Counted from the first letter of the stretch, positions 26,385-33,695 are shown. The stretch: 40,024 bases of DNA from a virus (IMGVR_UViG_3300025451_000027:1-40024), one strand, 5' to 3'. Program-made: numbers and translations. The notes: generated by a model from the sequence alone, not told the origin.

Positions 26385-26441
26385 CGCTAACACGTCGGTC
26401 AAGCGGACGGCTTTCAGCCGCCGCTTACCTTGTCGTTAGGG
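26385..26441 (+). other. attC B3 (57 bp)
   Basis: CGCTAAC ACGTC GGTCAAGC GGAC...GCC GCTTACC TTGTC GTTAGGG. Confidence 0.9.
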
Positions 26442-26615
26442 CGCTTCAGGCCCGCCAGCGTTGGGCTTCGTTGACATCGCTGCGGCAACCTTAGCCACAG
26501 CGTGCCAGCGTGCCCATTCGTCTGTTTCAGGCCCGCGCCACTGGCCGTGCTCGTCGTAGTAGTAGGCGCGACGCAGGGCATCTTCTAGTGGCGTGTTTGG
26601 TATCTCTTGCTTCAT
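26436..26615 (-). CDS. Cassette gene, 59-aa hypothetical (not in the ORF track)
   Basis: MKQEIPNTPLEDALRRAY...GGPEAP; ATGA-coupled; stop TAA in the B3 core. Confidence 0.55.
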   Translation of the reverse strand: MKQEIPNTPLEDALRRAYYYDEHGQWRGPETDEWARWHAVAKVAAAMSTKPNAGGPEAP

Positions 26616-27405
26616 ACCAACTCCAGCACTTCCTGTGCAATCCGTTGTTCCGCTATCGCGCAGTATTCCGGGTTCACCTCCAGACCGATGAACTGACGGC
26701 CCAACGTCTTCGCTGCCTTGGCAGTCGTGCCGCTGCCGCTGAAGGGGTCAAGCACCAGATCGCCGGGGTTGCTCCAAGTGGCTACGTGGTCGCGGGCCAG
26801 GTCAAACGGGAACGGGGCCGGGTGGTCGCTCTTGTCTTCTGCTGCCTGCTGGCTCGCCAATCCCAAGTCCCATACGTTCGTGCGCAGGCCCAGGTCGCCA
26901 ATCTGCACAATGCGCCCCGTGTCTTTGCTGCCGTACTTCTCTGCCCGGCCGCCACTCGTCCCGGCGCGGCTTGTGCCGGCGCTCTTGTTCACACGGTCGG
27001 CCAGCCTGTTGCTTGTCTTTGGCTTGCCCTTTGTCACCACAAACATGAACTCAGCACTCTGCGGGTAAGCGTCGTTGTTGCCGTTCGCACCAGCCGGGGG
27101 CTTGTTCCAAATCATCGTGTCCAGCAGGTTCAGCCCCAGCCGCTTGAAGTGCAGCGCCTGCTCCATGCTGCTGCCCGTCTCGCTGCCGTCCTTCGTGGCG
27201 TCGGCCACTACCCACACGATCACGCCGCCAGGCTTCAGCACGCGCTTCAGGTGCCACGCCACGCCGAAGAAGTCCCAGCTATGCCGCCGTAGGTGCGCAA
27301 GTCGTCATAGGGCGGGCTCGTCACCACCAAATCAACGCTCTCGCGTGGCATCTTGCCCAGCAAGTCGCAGTTGTCGCCGCAGTGAATCTGGTTCAGTTCA
27401 AGCAT
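26612..27405 (-). pseudogene. Cassette gene, N4-C/N6-A DNA methyltransferase (beta class) with a 1-nt frameshift near 27283
   Basis: VTSPPY in one frame, HPAPFP and DPFSGSGTT in the other; GGCATAGC would read G-H-S with one more C. Confidence 0.8.
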
Positions 27406-27435
27406 GCACACATCCTCTCGTTTCTCAACCATGCG

Positions 27436-27504
27436 CCCTAACATGTCAGTCAACCGGAATTGCCCCGGCAGGCCGGGTCAATCCGGTTACCGGCCACGTT
27501 AGTC
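27436..27504 (+). other. attC B4 (69 bp)
   Basis: CCCTAAC ATGTC AGTCAACCGGAATTG...CAATCCGGTTACC GGCCAC GTTAGTC. Confidence 0.88.
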
Positions 27505-27666
27505 GCTTGGCTCACGCACCCGGTCCAGCCAGTCGCGCAGCCGCTGGTGGCCTATCCGTGTGAGCTTGGCTTTTTGGGCATCGTTCAAACGAACTGGCAC
27601 AGGGTTGAGCTTTTCACCGGGGGCCTTTGCAGGCCGCCCGGTTTTCTTGGCGGCCGGTTCGCTCAC
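27499..27666 (-). CDS. Cassette gene, 55-aa GRP/ribbon-helix-helix-like DNA-binding protein (not in the ORF track)
   Basis: MSEPAAKKTGRPAKAPGEKLNPVPVRLNDAQKAKLTRIGHQRLRDWLDRVREPSD; GTGA-coupled; stop in the B4 core. Confidence 0.6.
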   Translation of the reverse strand: MSEPAAKKTGRPAKAPGEKLNPVPVRLNDAQKAKLTRIGHQRLRDWLDRVREPSD

Positions 27667-27839
27667 TTGACTTTGACCGCGACCAGTTCGGACTCGTGAC
27701 CCATCACAGCCTCGGCATCAGCCTTGCTTTCGTAGCCCGCATCCTTGCAGGCGGCTTCGATTGCTGCTTCCTGGCTGTCGGCTTCGTACACGCCGAAAGA
27801 GTGGGCCGACTTGCTGTTGCTGACTTCGTACTTGCTCAT
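27663..27839 (-). CDS. Cassette gene, small acidic hypothetical protein
   Basis: AGGAG RBS; MSKYEVSN...FGVYEADS..AAIEA...DAGY. Confidence 0.65.
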   Translation of the reverse strand: MSKYEVSNSKSAHSFGVYEADSQEAAIEAACKDAGYESKADAEAVMGHESELVAVKVK

Positions 27840-27882
27840 GTTGCTCTCCTGGGTTGCTGCGGCGTCTTGCTGCAGTGGTGTT

Positions 27883-27921
27883 AATGTAATACCGCAACGG
27901 CAAGCACGCAAGCACTTTTTT
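27883..27921 (-). promoter_or_regulatory. Sigma70-like promoter inside a cassette
   Basis: A-tract, TTGCGT-17nt-TACATT. Confidence 0.65.
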
Positions 27922-27936
27922 GTAACACCAAAACGC

Positions 27937-28002
27937 GCCTAACACTTCGTTCCAGCGGACGTGCCGCTGGCGCGGCCCGCGCGCTGAACTCAAGCGTTAG
28001 GC
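27937..28002 (+). other. attC B5 (66 bp)
   Basis: GCCTAAC ACTTC GTTCCAGC GGAC...GCTGAAC TCAAGC GTTAGGC: canonical architecture. Confidence 0.92.
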
Positions 28003-28004
28003 AA

Positions 28005-28277
28005 CTAGGCGTGCCACTTGCTGATTGCGCGCGACAGTTCTTCGCGCCCGATGCCTTCGCGCAAGGCATCTTCTTCAAGGCTCTTACGCACGGCATGAGC
28101 ATTGCGGTTAATCAGCGCCATCTCTCGCGGGTTCGCCGGAATGATTCCGTCTTTTCCCATCGGGCCTGTGCAAACCGTCTGGTCATAGGCTTCGCATTCC
28201 GTGTGGTAGCGAGTTGCCATTTCATGCAGCCGGTTGTCGCGCTCTGTGGGTTTCCACTCTTGCTGCCATTCGTTCAT
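28005..28277 (-). CDS. Cassette gene, hypothetical
   Basis: GGAGA RBS; MNEWQQEW...CEAYDQTVCTG. Confidence 0.65.
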   Translation of the reverse strand: MNEWQQEWKPTERDNRLHEMATRYHTECEAYDQTVCTGPMGKDGIIPANPREMALINRNAHAVRKSLEEDALREGIGREELSRAISKWHA

Positions 28278-28297
28278 GCTTCTCTCCGAAAATCGTT

Positions 28298-28357
28298 GCC
28301 TAACCGCCAGTTCAACTCGGACGCCCATTCGGGCGCCGGTTAACTTATTGGTTAGGC
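28298..28357 (+). other. attC B6 (60 bp, reverse complement of A5)
   Basis: Matches 3991-4047. Confidence 0.9.
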
Positions 28358-28358
28358 G

Positions 28359-28631
28359 TCATCGGTCTTCAGGCTCGACCCAGAGCTGATCGGCTGTATA
28401 TGCGCTCTGCAAGAGCTTCGCAAAATCCATCAGGCCGTATCCCTCTTCTGGTGTTCCGCGCTGCGGGTACGCGATGGACCGCGCAATGTTTCTCAGCCTC
28501 AAGTTTTCGGCGTGCAACTCAAGAATGTCTGCCTTTGCGTCTTGCAGCGCAAACATTACTGCCGGCGCGCTCTGGTTGTGCGCCATTGCCTTTGGGTCGC
28601 AGACCCTCCAGGTCTCAATACTTCGCTTCAT
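28359..28631 (-). CDS. Cassette gene, hypothetical
   Basis: GAGGGG RBS; MKRSIETWRVCDPKAM... Confidence 0.65.
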   Translation of the reverse strand: MKRSIETWRVCDPKAMAHNQSAPAVMFALQDAKADILELHAENLRLRNIARSIAYPQRGTPEEGYGLMDFAKLLQSAYTADQLWVEPEDR

Positions 28632-28672
28632 GTCATTCCCCTCTGTTGGCCCTTCTGTTTGTTGCGCGTAAC

Positions 28673-28729
28673 GCCTAACCGTTCGCTCAAGCGGACGGCT
28701 ACGCCGCGCGCTTAGCTGTTTGGTTAGGC
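28673..28729 (+). other. attC B7 (57 bp)
   Basis: GCCTAAC CGTTC GCTCAAGC GGAC...GCTTAGC TGTTTG GTTAGGC. Confidence 0.92.
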
Positions 28730-28966
28730 CCGTTTGTTCCAGCGCCGAATCGCGCAGTCCATGTAGGCGCCTGTCCCGCGCTCGTCGGCGCTGTCCTGTC
28801 CGTCCTTCACGCTTGGGGCTACGGCGCACCGGCTGCTGGCGCAGTACACCTTGCCCCAGGCGTTGCCCTCCTCGTCGGGGTTCTGAGGCGCCAGCTTCGG
28901 TTTGGTGCCACAAAACGGGCATGGCAGCGGCACCAGCTTGGGTTTCAGTTGCTTCTCACGCATCAT
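28724..28966 (-). CDS. Cassette gene, Lar-family (restriction alleviation) zinc-finger protein
   Basis: LPCPFCG...VYC...C...AIRRWNKRA. Confidence 0.75.
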   Translation of the reverse strand: MMREKQLKPKLVPLPCPFCGTKPKLAPQNPDEEGNAWGKVYCASSRCAVAPSVKDGQDSADERGTGAYMDCAIRRWNKRA

Positions 28967-28985
28967 CTCGCTCCGGTTACAACGG

Positions 28986-29039
28986 GCCTAACCCGTCATT
29001 CGAGCCGACCGTTCCGGCGGCTCAATTCCCACGTTAGGC
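28986..29039 (+). other. attC B8 (54 bp)
   Basis: GCCTAAC CCGTC ATTCGAGC CGAC...CG GCTCAAT TCCCAC GTTAGGC. Confidence 0.9.
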
Positions 29040-29363
29040 ATCACGAATACGCGCCGCCAGCATCGCGGCATCAATCAGCGCGTCCATGCTATCGGCTGGT
29101 GCGTGCTGGGTGCCGCCTTCTGCGAGCGAGTGCGTTGCGCTGAATTCCGTGCCGTCCATGCGCTTCCACACGTTCGGCTGTTTCTCGCTTCTCAGCGTCA
29201 GGCCCTGGCGGCTTTTCAGCCAGCGGTAACGTGCCGCATCCTTCTCAAGCGCCGCCTGTCGCGCTTCTGCGCGTTGCGGACACGTCCGCCCAACTGCTTG
29301 GTCGAGGCGACCCCCAACAGCAGGGGCGTCCTGTGGCGTATCGGTAGCAGTTTTGTCGTTCAT
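29034..29363 (-). CDS. Cassette gene, phage hypothetical (DAARYRWL...DALIDAAM type)
   Basis: Motifs as named; the start lies inside attC B9. Confidence 0.7.
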   Translation of the reverse strand: MNDKTATDTPQDAPAVGGRLDQAVGRTCPQRAEARQAALEKDAARYRWLKSRQGLTLRSEKQPNVWKRMDGTEFSATHSLAEGGTQHAPADSMDALIDAAMLAARIRDA

Positions 29364-29408
29364 GTGTTTCCTCGTGCTGTCGGGGTCGCCTCACCGCGAA
29401 CGTTAGGC
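29288..29408 (+). other. attC B9 (121 bp; RBS and ATG in the loop)
   Basis: GCCCAAC TGCTT GGTCGAGGCGACCCC...GGGGTCGCCTCACC GCGAAC GTTAGGC. Confidence 0.85.
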
Positions 29409-29777
29409 CTCTCGCACGCGGGCCAGCAAAGTGCCTGGCTTTGCAATGCGGCTGCCAATCTCGCGCATGTGCTGCGAGTACACGGCTGGCTCGCACTCAC
29501 GGACTAGCGCGCGCAGCCGGTCGGACTTCACCTCTGCGTCCAGCAACGCGTTGTTCAGCGTCAGCACCTGGTCGGCCAGTTCCAACGTGTCGGCCTCGTC
29601 GTACAGGGCGCGCATAGTCTCAACGGCCCCGCACGAACTACACCAACTGTCGCCGGGCGTAAGGCCCTCGCTGGTGCTGGTGTGGCCGCATCGGCTGCAC
29701 TTCCACGCGACAGGCCTAACAGGCCGCTGCACCGGCCCTGCGTCGGCGCGGCTGCTCTTGCTCGCTTCGTCACTCAT
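29403..29777 (-). CDS. Cassette gene, zinc-ribbon plus coiled-coil hypothetical
   Basis: CSRC...CSSC; the start lies inside attC B10. Confidence 0.7.
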   Translation of the reverse strand: MSDEASKSSRADAGPVQRPVRPVAWKCSRCGHTSTSEGLTPGDSWCSSCGAVETMRALYDEADTLELADQVLTLNNALLDAEVKSDRLRALVRECEPAVYSQHMREIGSRIAKPGTLLARVREA

Positions 29778-29815
29778 GGCTCGCGCCTCCTTGTCCGGTG
29801 AGCTTTGCGTTAGAA
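29714..29815 (+). other. attC B10 (102 bp; RBS and ATG in the loop)
   Basis: GCCTAAC AGGCC GCTGCACCGG...CCGGTGAGC TTTGC GTTAGAA. Confidence 0.75.
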
Positions 29816-29849
29816 CTCTCGCAAATCTTCATTTGCAGCCCAAGCCGCG

Positions 29850-30056
29850 TCATGCTTCCTCCGCAGCCATAAGGGCCAGCGTCGCAACAAGCACCGCTCG
29901 GTTCTTGACGCGGAGCCAACGGCTGATCATGTCGATGTGACGGCTAACCGATGCCGCCGTGATGCCGATGGCCGGTCCGATCCTGCTGGCCGGGATTCCG
30001 TCAAGCAGCAGTGCGGCAACTGCGCTGTGAGTTGGCGCCCAAAGCTCGTTCATCAT
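29850..30056 (-). CDS. LuxR/GerE-like HTH protein
   Basis: VAALLLDG....IG..IGIT..SV.RH...I...L.VKNRA. Confidence 0.65.
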   Translation of the reverse strand: MMNELWAPTHSAVAALLLDGIPASRIGPAIGITAASVSRHIDMISRWLRVKNRAVLVATLALMAAEEA

Positions 30057-30637
30057 TGAAGGCCAAGGGCCAGTTCCTTGACCGACTCGCCAGCTAGGCG
30101 AAGGGCATCAGACTTGGCCGGAAGCGTGGGCATGAACTCTTGTGCACGTTCATACGAAATCCGGCCCTTGTCCACCGCGTCGATAAGGGCTGATTCCCGC
30201 CCTCGAACGTCATGGCCTAGGGTGATGGTCCACTTCACTGCGACACCCCTATCCCTGGCCTGATTAACCATGCGCAAATAGGTCTCCTTGAACGCCATGC
30301 GTGCCTCAACCATCGCGCCAGCATCAATGAGCCCGACCGCCACGCCAAAGGCCTGCGACATTTCCGTCGTCCAAACGGCGCTATCGCCTTCGTTGTGAGG
30401 CAGCATTGCCCAAGCTTCCTCGACGCCAGGCCGCCCATCGTCAAGGCGGCTGACTACGTCCTTGATCGTCAAGGCCCCGCGCACTTCCTTGCGGCATCGC
30501 ACCAGCGCGCCAAGCACTTGTTCTTCTGGGTAGGCGCTAAGGTCGCCAACAAACACGCGGGCGGCGGCTTCTGAGAATGTCCGCCCACACAGCTCGCTAG
30601 TCACGGCGATAGCTCGGATGAGTTCAGGACTTGGCAT
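30053..30637 (-). CDS. Replication protein P-like / helicase loader
   Basis: Directly after the initiator; GRPGVEEAWA, ARMAFKE.Y motifs. Confidence 0.6.
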   Translation of the reverse strand: MPSPELIRAIAVTSELCGRTFSEAAARVFVGDLSAYPEEQVLGALVRCRKEVRGALTIKDVVSRLDDGRPGVEEAWAMLPHNEGDSAVWTTEMSQAFGVAVGLIDAGAMVEARMAFKETYLRMVNQARDRGVAVKWTITLGHDVRGRESALIDAVDKGRISYERAQEFMPTLPAKSDALRLAGESVKELALGLQ

Positions 30638-31730
30638 TGGCGTACTCCATCTCTGCTGCGGCCAACAGCCCATCAAAGGCATTGGCGTTGGTTTGCGTTC
30701 TGTCGGCCTGTTGGGCCTGTGTTCTGGTCACCTGCCGACCTGTTGCCCATTCGGTGCGCAGCTTCTCCGCGTCACGCAGCAGCAGGTTCGTCGGGTGCAT
30801 CGCCGCAACGTACAGGCCGTTTTGGCTTTTGACGAAATGGGCCGCGACAAACGGCGCCTCCGCTGCGCCCAGCTTCCCCACCAATTGCGCCAAGTGGGCG
30901 TTGACGCTGGCGTTTCGCACCGGAGGGACGCTGTACCGTCGCTCATAGGCCTCCGAGTACGAGGCCCACACAGCGGCCGAATCTGGCGCTGGCTTGGCTC
31001 CGCGTTTTCGCGGGGCCTTGCCGGAAAGCGCCGCAGGCGCAACTGAGGAATCAGGAATCAGTGGTGAGGAATCAGGAATCAAGGAATCAGGAATCAAGGA
31101 ATCAGGAATCAAGGAATCAGATGGACAAGAAGCGCCATCGTTGGCTTGACGTTGCATCAACGTTGATTCAATGACAGTCTTTCGGTAGTCCTTAGTTGCC
31201 CCGCCTTTGGCTGAATTACAAGATGTGCATAGCGTTTGCAAGTTCGTGATTGCGTTGTCTCCGCCTTGCGAAAGCGAGACGATGTGGTCAATCGACAATG
31301 AGTCCTTGGTTCCGCAACGAAGGCACTTCATCCCATCGCGGGAAAATACTGATGAACGCACATCGGGGCTTACGTCATAAGCATGTCGAGTCACCTGTGG
31401 TGATCCTGGCGGCGCCGGGATATCGCTCGGCACTTCCTTGTGATGCGGCATCTGATGTTTGATGAAATTGACGATCTGCACGTACTTTCTTCCGTCAACC
31501 TCATAGCGAACCAAGAACCCGCTTGATGCAAGCTGGTCAAGGCTGTCTGAGACCGAAAAATCGTCGGCCGCGAACAGTTCCATCTTGATCTTTTTCGGCC
31601 TGTCCTCGAACCTGCCCTCACGGTCTGCAATGCACCACAGCCCGATAAAAAGGAGCCGTGTTTCTGGTGAAAGCTCCGCAAGAATTTCGTTCTTGAAGAA
31701 GCCCGGCTTGATGTTTCTCGAACGCGCCAT
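30624..31730 (-). CDS. Replication initiator (O/DnaT-like) with an internal HNH domain
   Basis: MARSRNIKPGFF, LFIGLW..ADREGR, I.NF.KHQ; internal RDG..C..CG...IDHI....GG...NLQTLC..CN..KG. Confidence 0.8.
   Translation of the reverse strand: MARSRNIKPGFFKNEILAELSPETRLLFIGLWCIADREGRFEDRPKKIKMELFAADDFSVSDSLDQLASSGFLVRYEVDGRKYVQIVNFIKHQMPHHKEVPSDIPAPPGSPQVTRHAYDVSPDVRSSVFSRDGMKCLRCGTKDSLSIDHIVSLSQGGDNAITNLQTLCTSCNSAKGGATKDYRKTVIESTLMQRQANDGASCPSDSLIPDSLIPDSLIPDSSPLIPDSSVAPAALSGKAPRKRGAKPAPDSAAVWASYSEAYERRYSVPPVRNASVNAHLAQLVGKLGAAEAPFVAAHFVKSQNGLYVAAMHPTNLLLRDAEKLRTEWATGRQVTRTQAQQADRTQTNANAFDGLLAAAEMEYANAKS
31047..31119. repeat. Nine GGAATCA heptamers (15-bp period), candidate origin iterons
   Basis: Tandem repeats inside the initiator gene encoding (DSLIP)n; lambdoid origins lie within gene O. 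Confidence 0.65.
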
Positions 31731-31921
31731 CAGAAGATCCTGTATTCCTTGACGCGCTTGCCGTCTGGAAGGTCTACCCAGCGATCCAGAACCTTGACGC
31801 CATCGCGGCGCAGATCGCCACAGCGCTGTGACAGGCTGAAGCACTTCGCCTCGTTCAGCGCGACGACTGGCGTAACCCAGCGGGCGCGCAGAAGCTTGAT
31901 CAGGTCGGCTTTCATGGTCAT
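31730..31921 (-). CDS. Small winged-helix protein
   Basis: T...AL....CFSLSQR..DLRR.G......V......V.EY. Confidence 0.6.
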   Translation of the reverse strand: MTMKADLIKLLRARWVTPVVALNEAKCFSLSQRCGDLRRDGVKVLDRWVDLPDGKRVKEYRIF

Positions 31922-32454
31922 GCGAGGGCTCCCAACGGAATGTCGCGGAACAGGCGCGGGGCTTCAGTGGCGGTGATGATTTCGCCGAAGCGGCCATAGC
32001 CTGGGCTCGGGCAGCGGGTGAAAACAAAGCCATCCGAATACTTGACTTCAGCCTTCTCCCAATTAGCTGCGCTTTGCTTCTTGATTTGCACGCCATCAAA
32101 TGCGTTGTCAGGTTTTGGCTTGACTACCTTGTTGCGCAGCGCACGCATCCCAGATGCTGCACAAGCGTGGCTGCATGTGAGCTGAGGGCGTGTTTTAAGG
32201 TGGGAGAACTCTTTGCCGCAGCGCTTGCACTTCGAGGTCGTGCGCAGAGCATCAAAGCTTGCTTCATGACATTCGGCGCTGCAGTACGTGCGAATGGTCC
32301 TGCGCTTTCCGGTTATCTCAATGCCGCAGTTTCGGCAGTTGTTCCCGGGGTTCTTGATGCGCTCGGCCTCGTGATAGCAAGGCTTACTGCAATACTTCAT
32401 TGAGTGCTTCTCAGCGTTGAAGTCAAGCTTGCAGTGTTGGCAACTGAGGATCAT
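31918..32454 (-). CDS. Multi zinc-finger protein
   Basis: Three C..C...F...YCS..C repeats. Confidence 0.65.
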   Translation of the reverse strand: MILSCQHCKLDFNAEKHSMKYCSKPCYHEAERIKNPGNNCRNCGIEITGKRRTIRTYCSAECHEASFDALRTTSKCKRCGKEFSHLKTRPQLTCSHACAASGMRALRNKVVKPKPDNAFDGVQIKKQSAANWEKAEVKYSDGFVFTRCPSPGYGRFGEIITATEAPRLFRDIPLGALA

Positions 32455-32714
32455 GCGGCCTCCACGCGATTGAATGTGAGCCGGTCAGGCATAGGCTCTG
32501 CCGGGAGTATTGCGTTGCGAACGCGCGTGCTCAACTGAGCGCCCGCGCTCAACTTGATGTGAGGATCAAGTGCGCGGCCAGTCTCGACATAGACCAACCA
32601 CGAGTCACAAGCGAGCTTGTACTCAGCGCAATCAATCTGCTTTTTGCAGTGGTACTTGTCGCAGGGCGTCTTGTCTGACGCTGCGATTGCGCTAAAAAAG
32701 TCCTTTAGGCTCAT
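32451..32714 (-). CDS. Cys-rich hypothetical protein
   Basis: PCD...C.....C....LAC; ATGA-coupled. Confidence 0.6.
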   Translation of the reverse strand: MSLKDFFSAIAASDKTPCDKYHCKKQIDCAEYKLACDSWLVYVETGRALDPHIKLSAGAQLSTRVRNAILPAEPMPDRLTFNRVEAA

Positions 32715-32871
32715 GCGGCCCGCTCCAATTCTTGCAATCGTTGTTTGAGTGCCGCGACCTCAGCAGCGCGGCTATCACGCTGCACAACATCGAAACCCTG
32801 CTCGGCCCGCGCATTAGCGGCAGTGGCTGCGGAGTTGATGGCGCTTGCTGCGCTGTACCGGCCACGTTGGA

Positions 32872-32945
32872 TGGAGCGGGGGCCGGGAGTCGAACCCGGG
32901 TAGTCGGCTTGGAAGGCCGAGGCATAACCGCTCTGCCACGCCCGC
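32872..32945 (-). tRNA. tRNA-Gly (anticodon TCC), CCA encoded
   Basis: GCGGGCG TGGCAGAGCGGTTATGC C TCGGC CTTCCAA GCCGA CTAC CCGGG TTCGACT CCCGG CCCCCGC T CCA; one C-C mismatch in the acceptor stem. Confidence 0.88.
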
Positions 32946-33153
32946 GTTTAGAAAGGGTGGGGCGCCTGGCTGGGCGTGCGGCTGCAGTAGCACGCTTTCC
33001 ACAAGCTGCGCGGGCACGGCTGCAGCACAGCCCCGCTACCCCATTGATCATGAAAAAATAGCCCGGGCTGGCCGCGTTACCGCAACCCACGGCCCGGGCA
33101 AAGCCACCAGCGCCCCGGAGGAAGGGCATTGCGTGCTGGTGGGAGACAAACAT

Positions 33154-33342
33154 TTAGGCCACCACCTTCACAGGGATGAAGCCGTGATAGCGGTCATCGA
33201 AGCACATGAGTGCAACGACGGGACTACGCGGCCCCATGTCCTCAAGCGACGTGTGCCGCTCGCAGTCTTCGCGGCGGTCACAGACGATGGGAGAGGTGGC
33301 GTTAAGCGCACCTTCACAGCGGCAGATGTCGTGCGGCAGCAT
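33154..33342 (-). CDS. Small Cys-rich hypothetical protein
   Basis: LPHDICRC.G......C.RRE.C.R. Confidence 0.6.
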   Translation of the reverse strand: MLPHDICRCEGALNATSPIVCDRREDCERHTSLEDMGPRSPVVALMCFDDRYHGFIPVKVVA

Positions 33343-33345
33343 GGC

Positions 33346-33543
33346 TCAGACCTTCGCTGCTTTGGCTTCCGCCGCGATCAATTCCGGCATATGCTTGCGG
33401 GCCAGCGCAGCAAGGACCCGGTCTTCGATTCGGGCCGGTAGAACGTCAGGCCACTGCGTGACAGCAGACGACGTGATGCCGATTGCCTCAGCCGCTTCGC
33501 TTACCGTCCCGCCGAGAAGATTGATTGCATGTGCTTTATCCAT
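33346..33543 (-). CDS. cro: Cro-like HTH regulator
   Basis: AINLLGG..SEAAEAIGITSSAVTQWPD.LP. Confidence 0.8.
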   Translation of the reverse strand: MDKAHAINLLGGTVSEAAEAIGITSSAVTQWPDVLPARIEDRVLAALARKHMPELIAAEAKAAKV

Positions 33544-33549
33544 GCAGCC

Positions 33550-33656
33550 ATGTTAGCAGGCTTACCGCTTGTGTGGGCTTTTTCCGCGTGAATAGTTGAG
33601 CGCGCTTAACGGTCTTTGTTAGCACACTTGCATTGCAAGGTAAGTGCGCTTACAGT
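33550..33656. promoter_or_regulatory. Divergent early promoters with four operator-like palindromes
   Basis: + strand TTGCAT(33628)-17nt-TACAGT; - strand TAACAT 6 nt before the cro ATG; boxes GTTAGCAGGCTTAC, TTGAGCGCGCTTAA, GTTAGCACACTTGC, GTAAGTGCGCTTAC. Confidence 0.65.
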
Positions 33657-33695
33657 CCATTCACGCCGCAAACACAGCGGACAGGAGTGAACCAG

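Larger units (their letters stand above)
24702..29815 (-). mobile_element. Integron-like cassette array B (10 cassettes; genes -, attC polarity +)
   Basis: Ten RYYYAAC...GTTRRRY sites with L boxes, separating 1-2 ORFs each. Confidence 0.9.

Noticed and set aside
24702-29815. CRISPR array
   Set aside because: Repeats vary in sequence and length and are separated by gene-sized ORFs; no cas genes
31731-32099. N-terminal extension of the 491-aa replication ORF
   Set aside because: The family start MARSRNIKP is at 31730, and the extension overlaps two better genes
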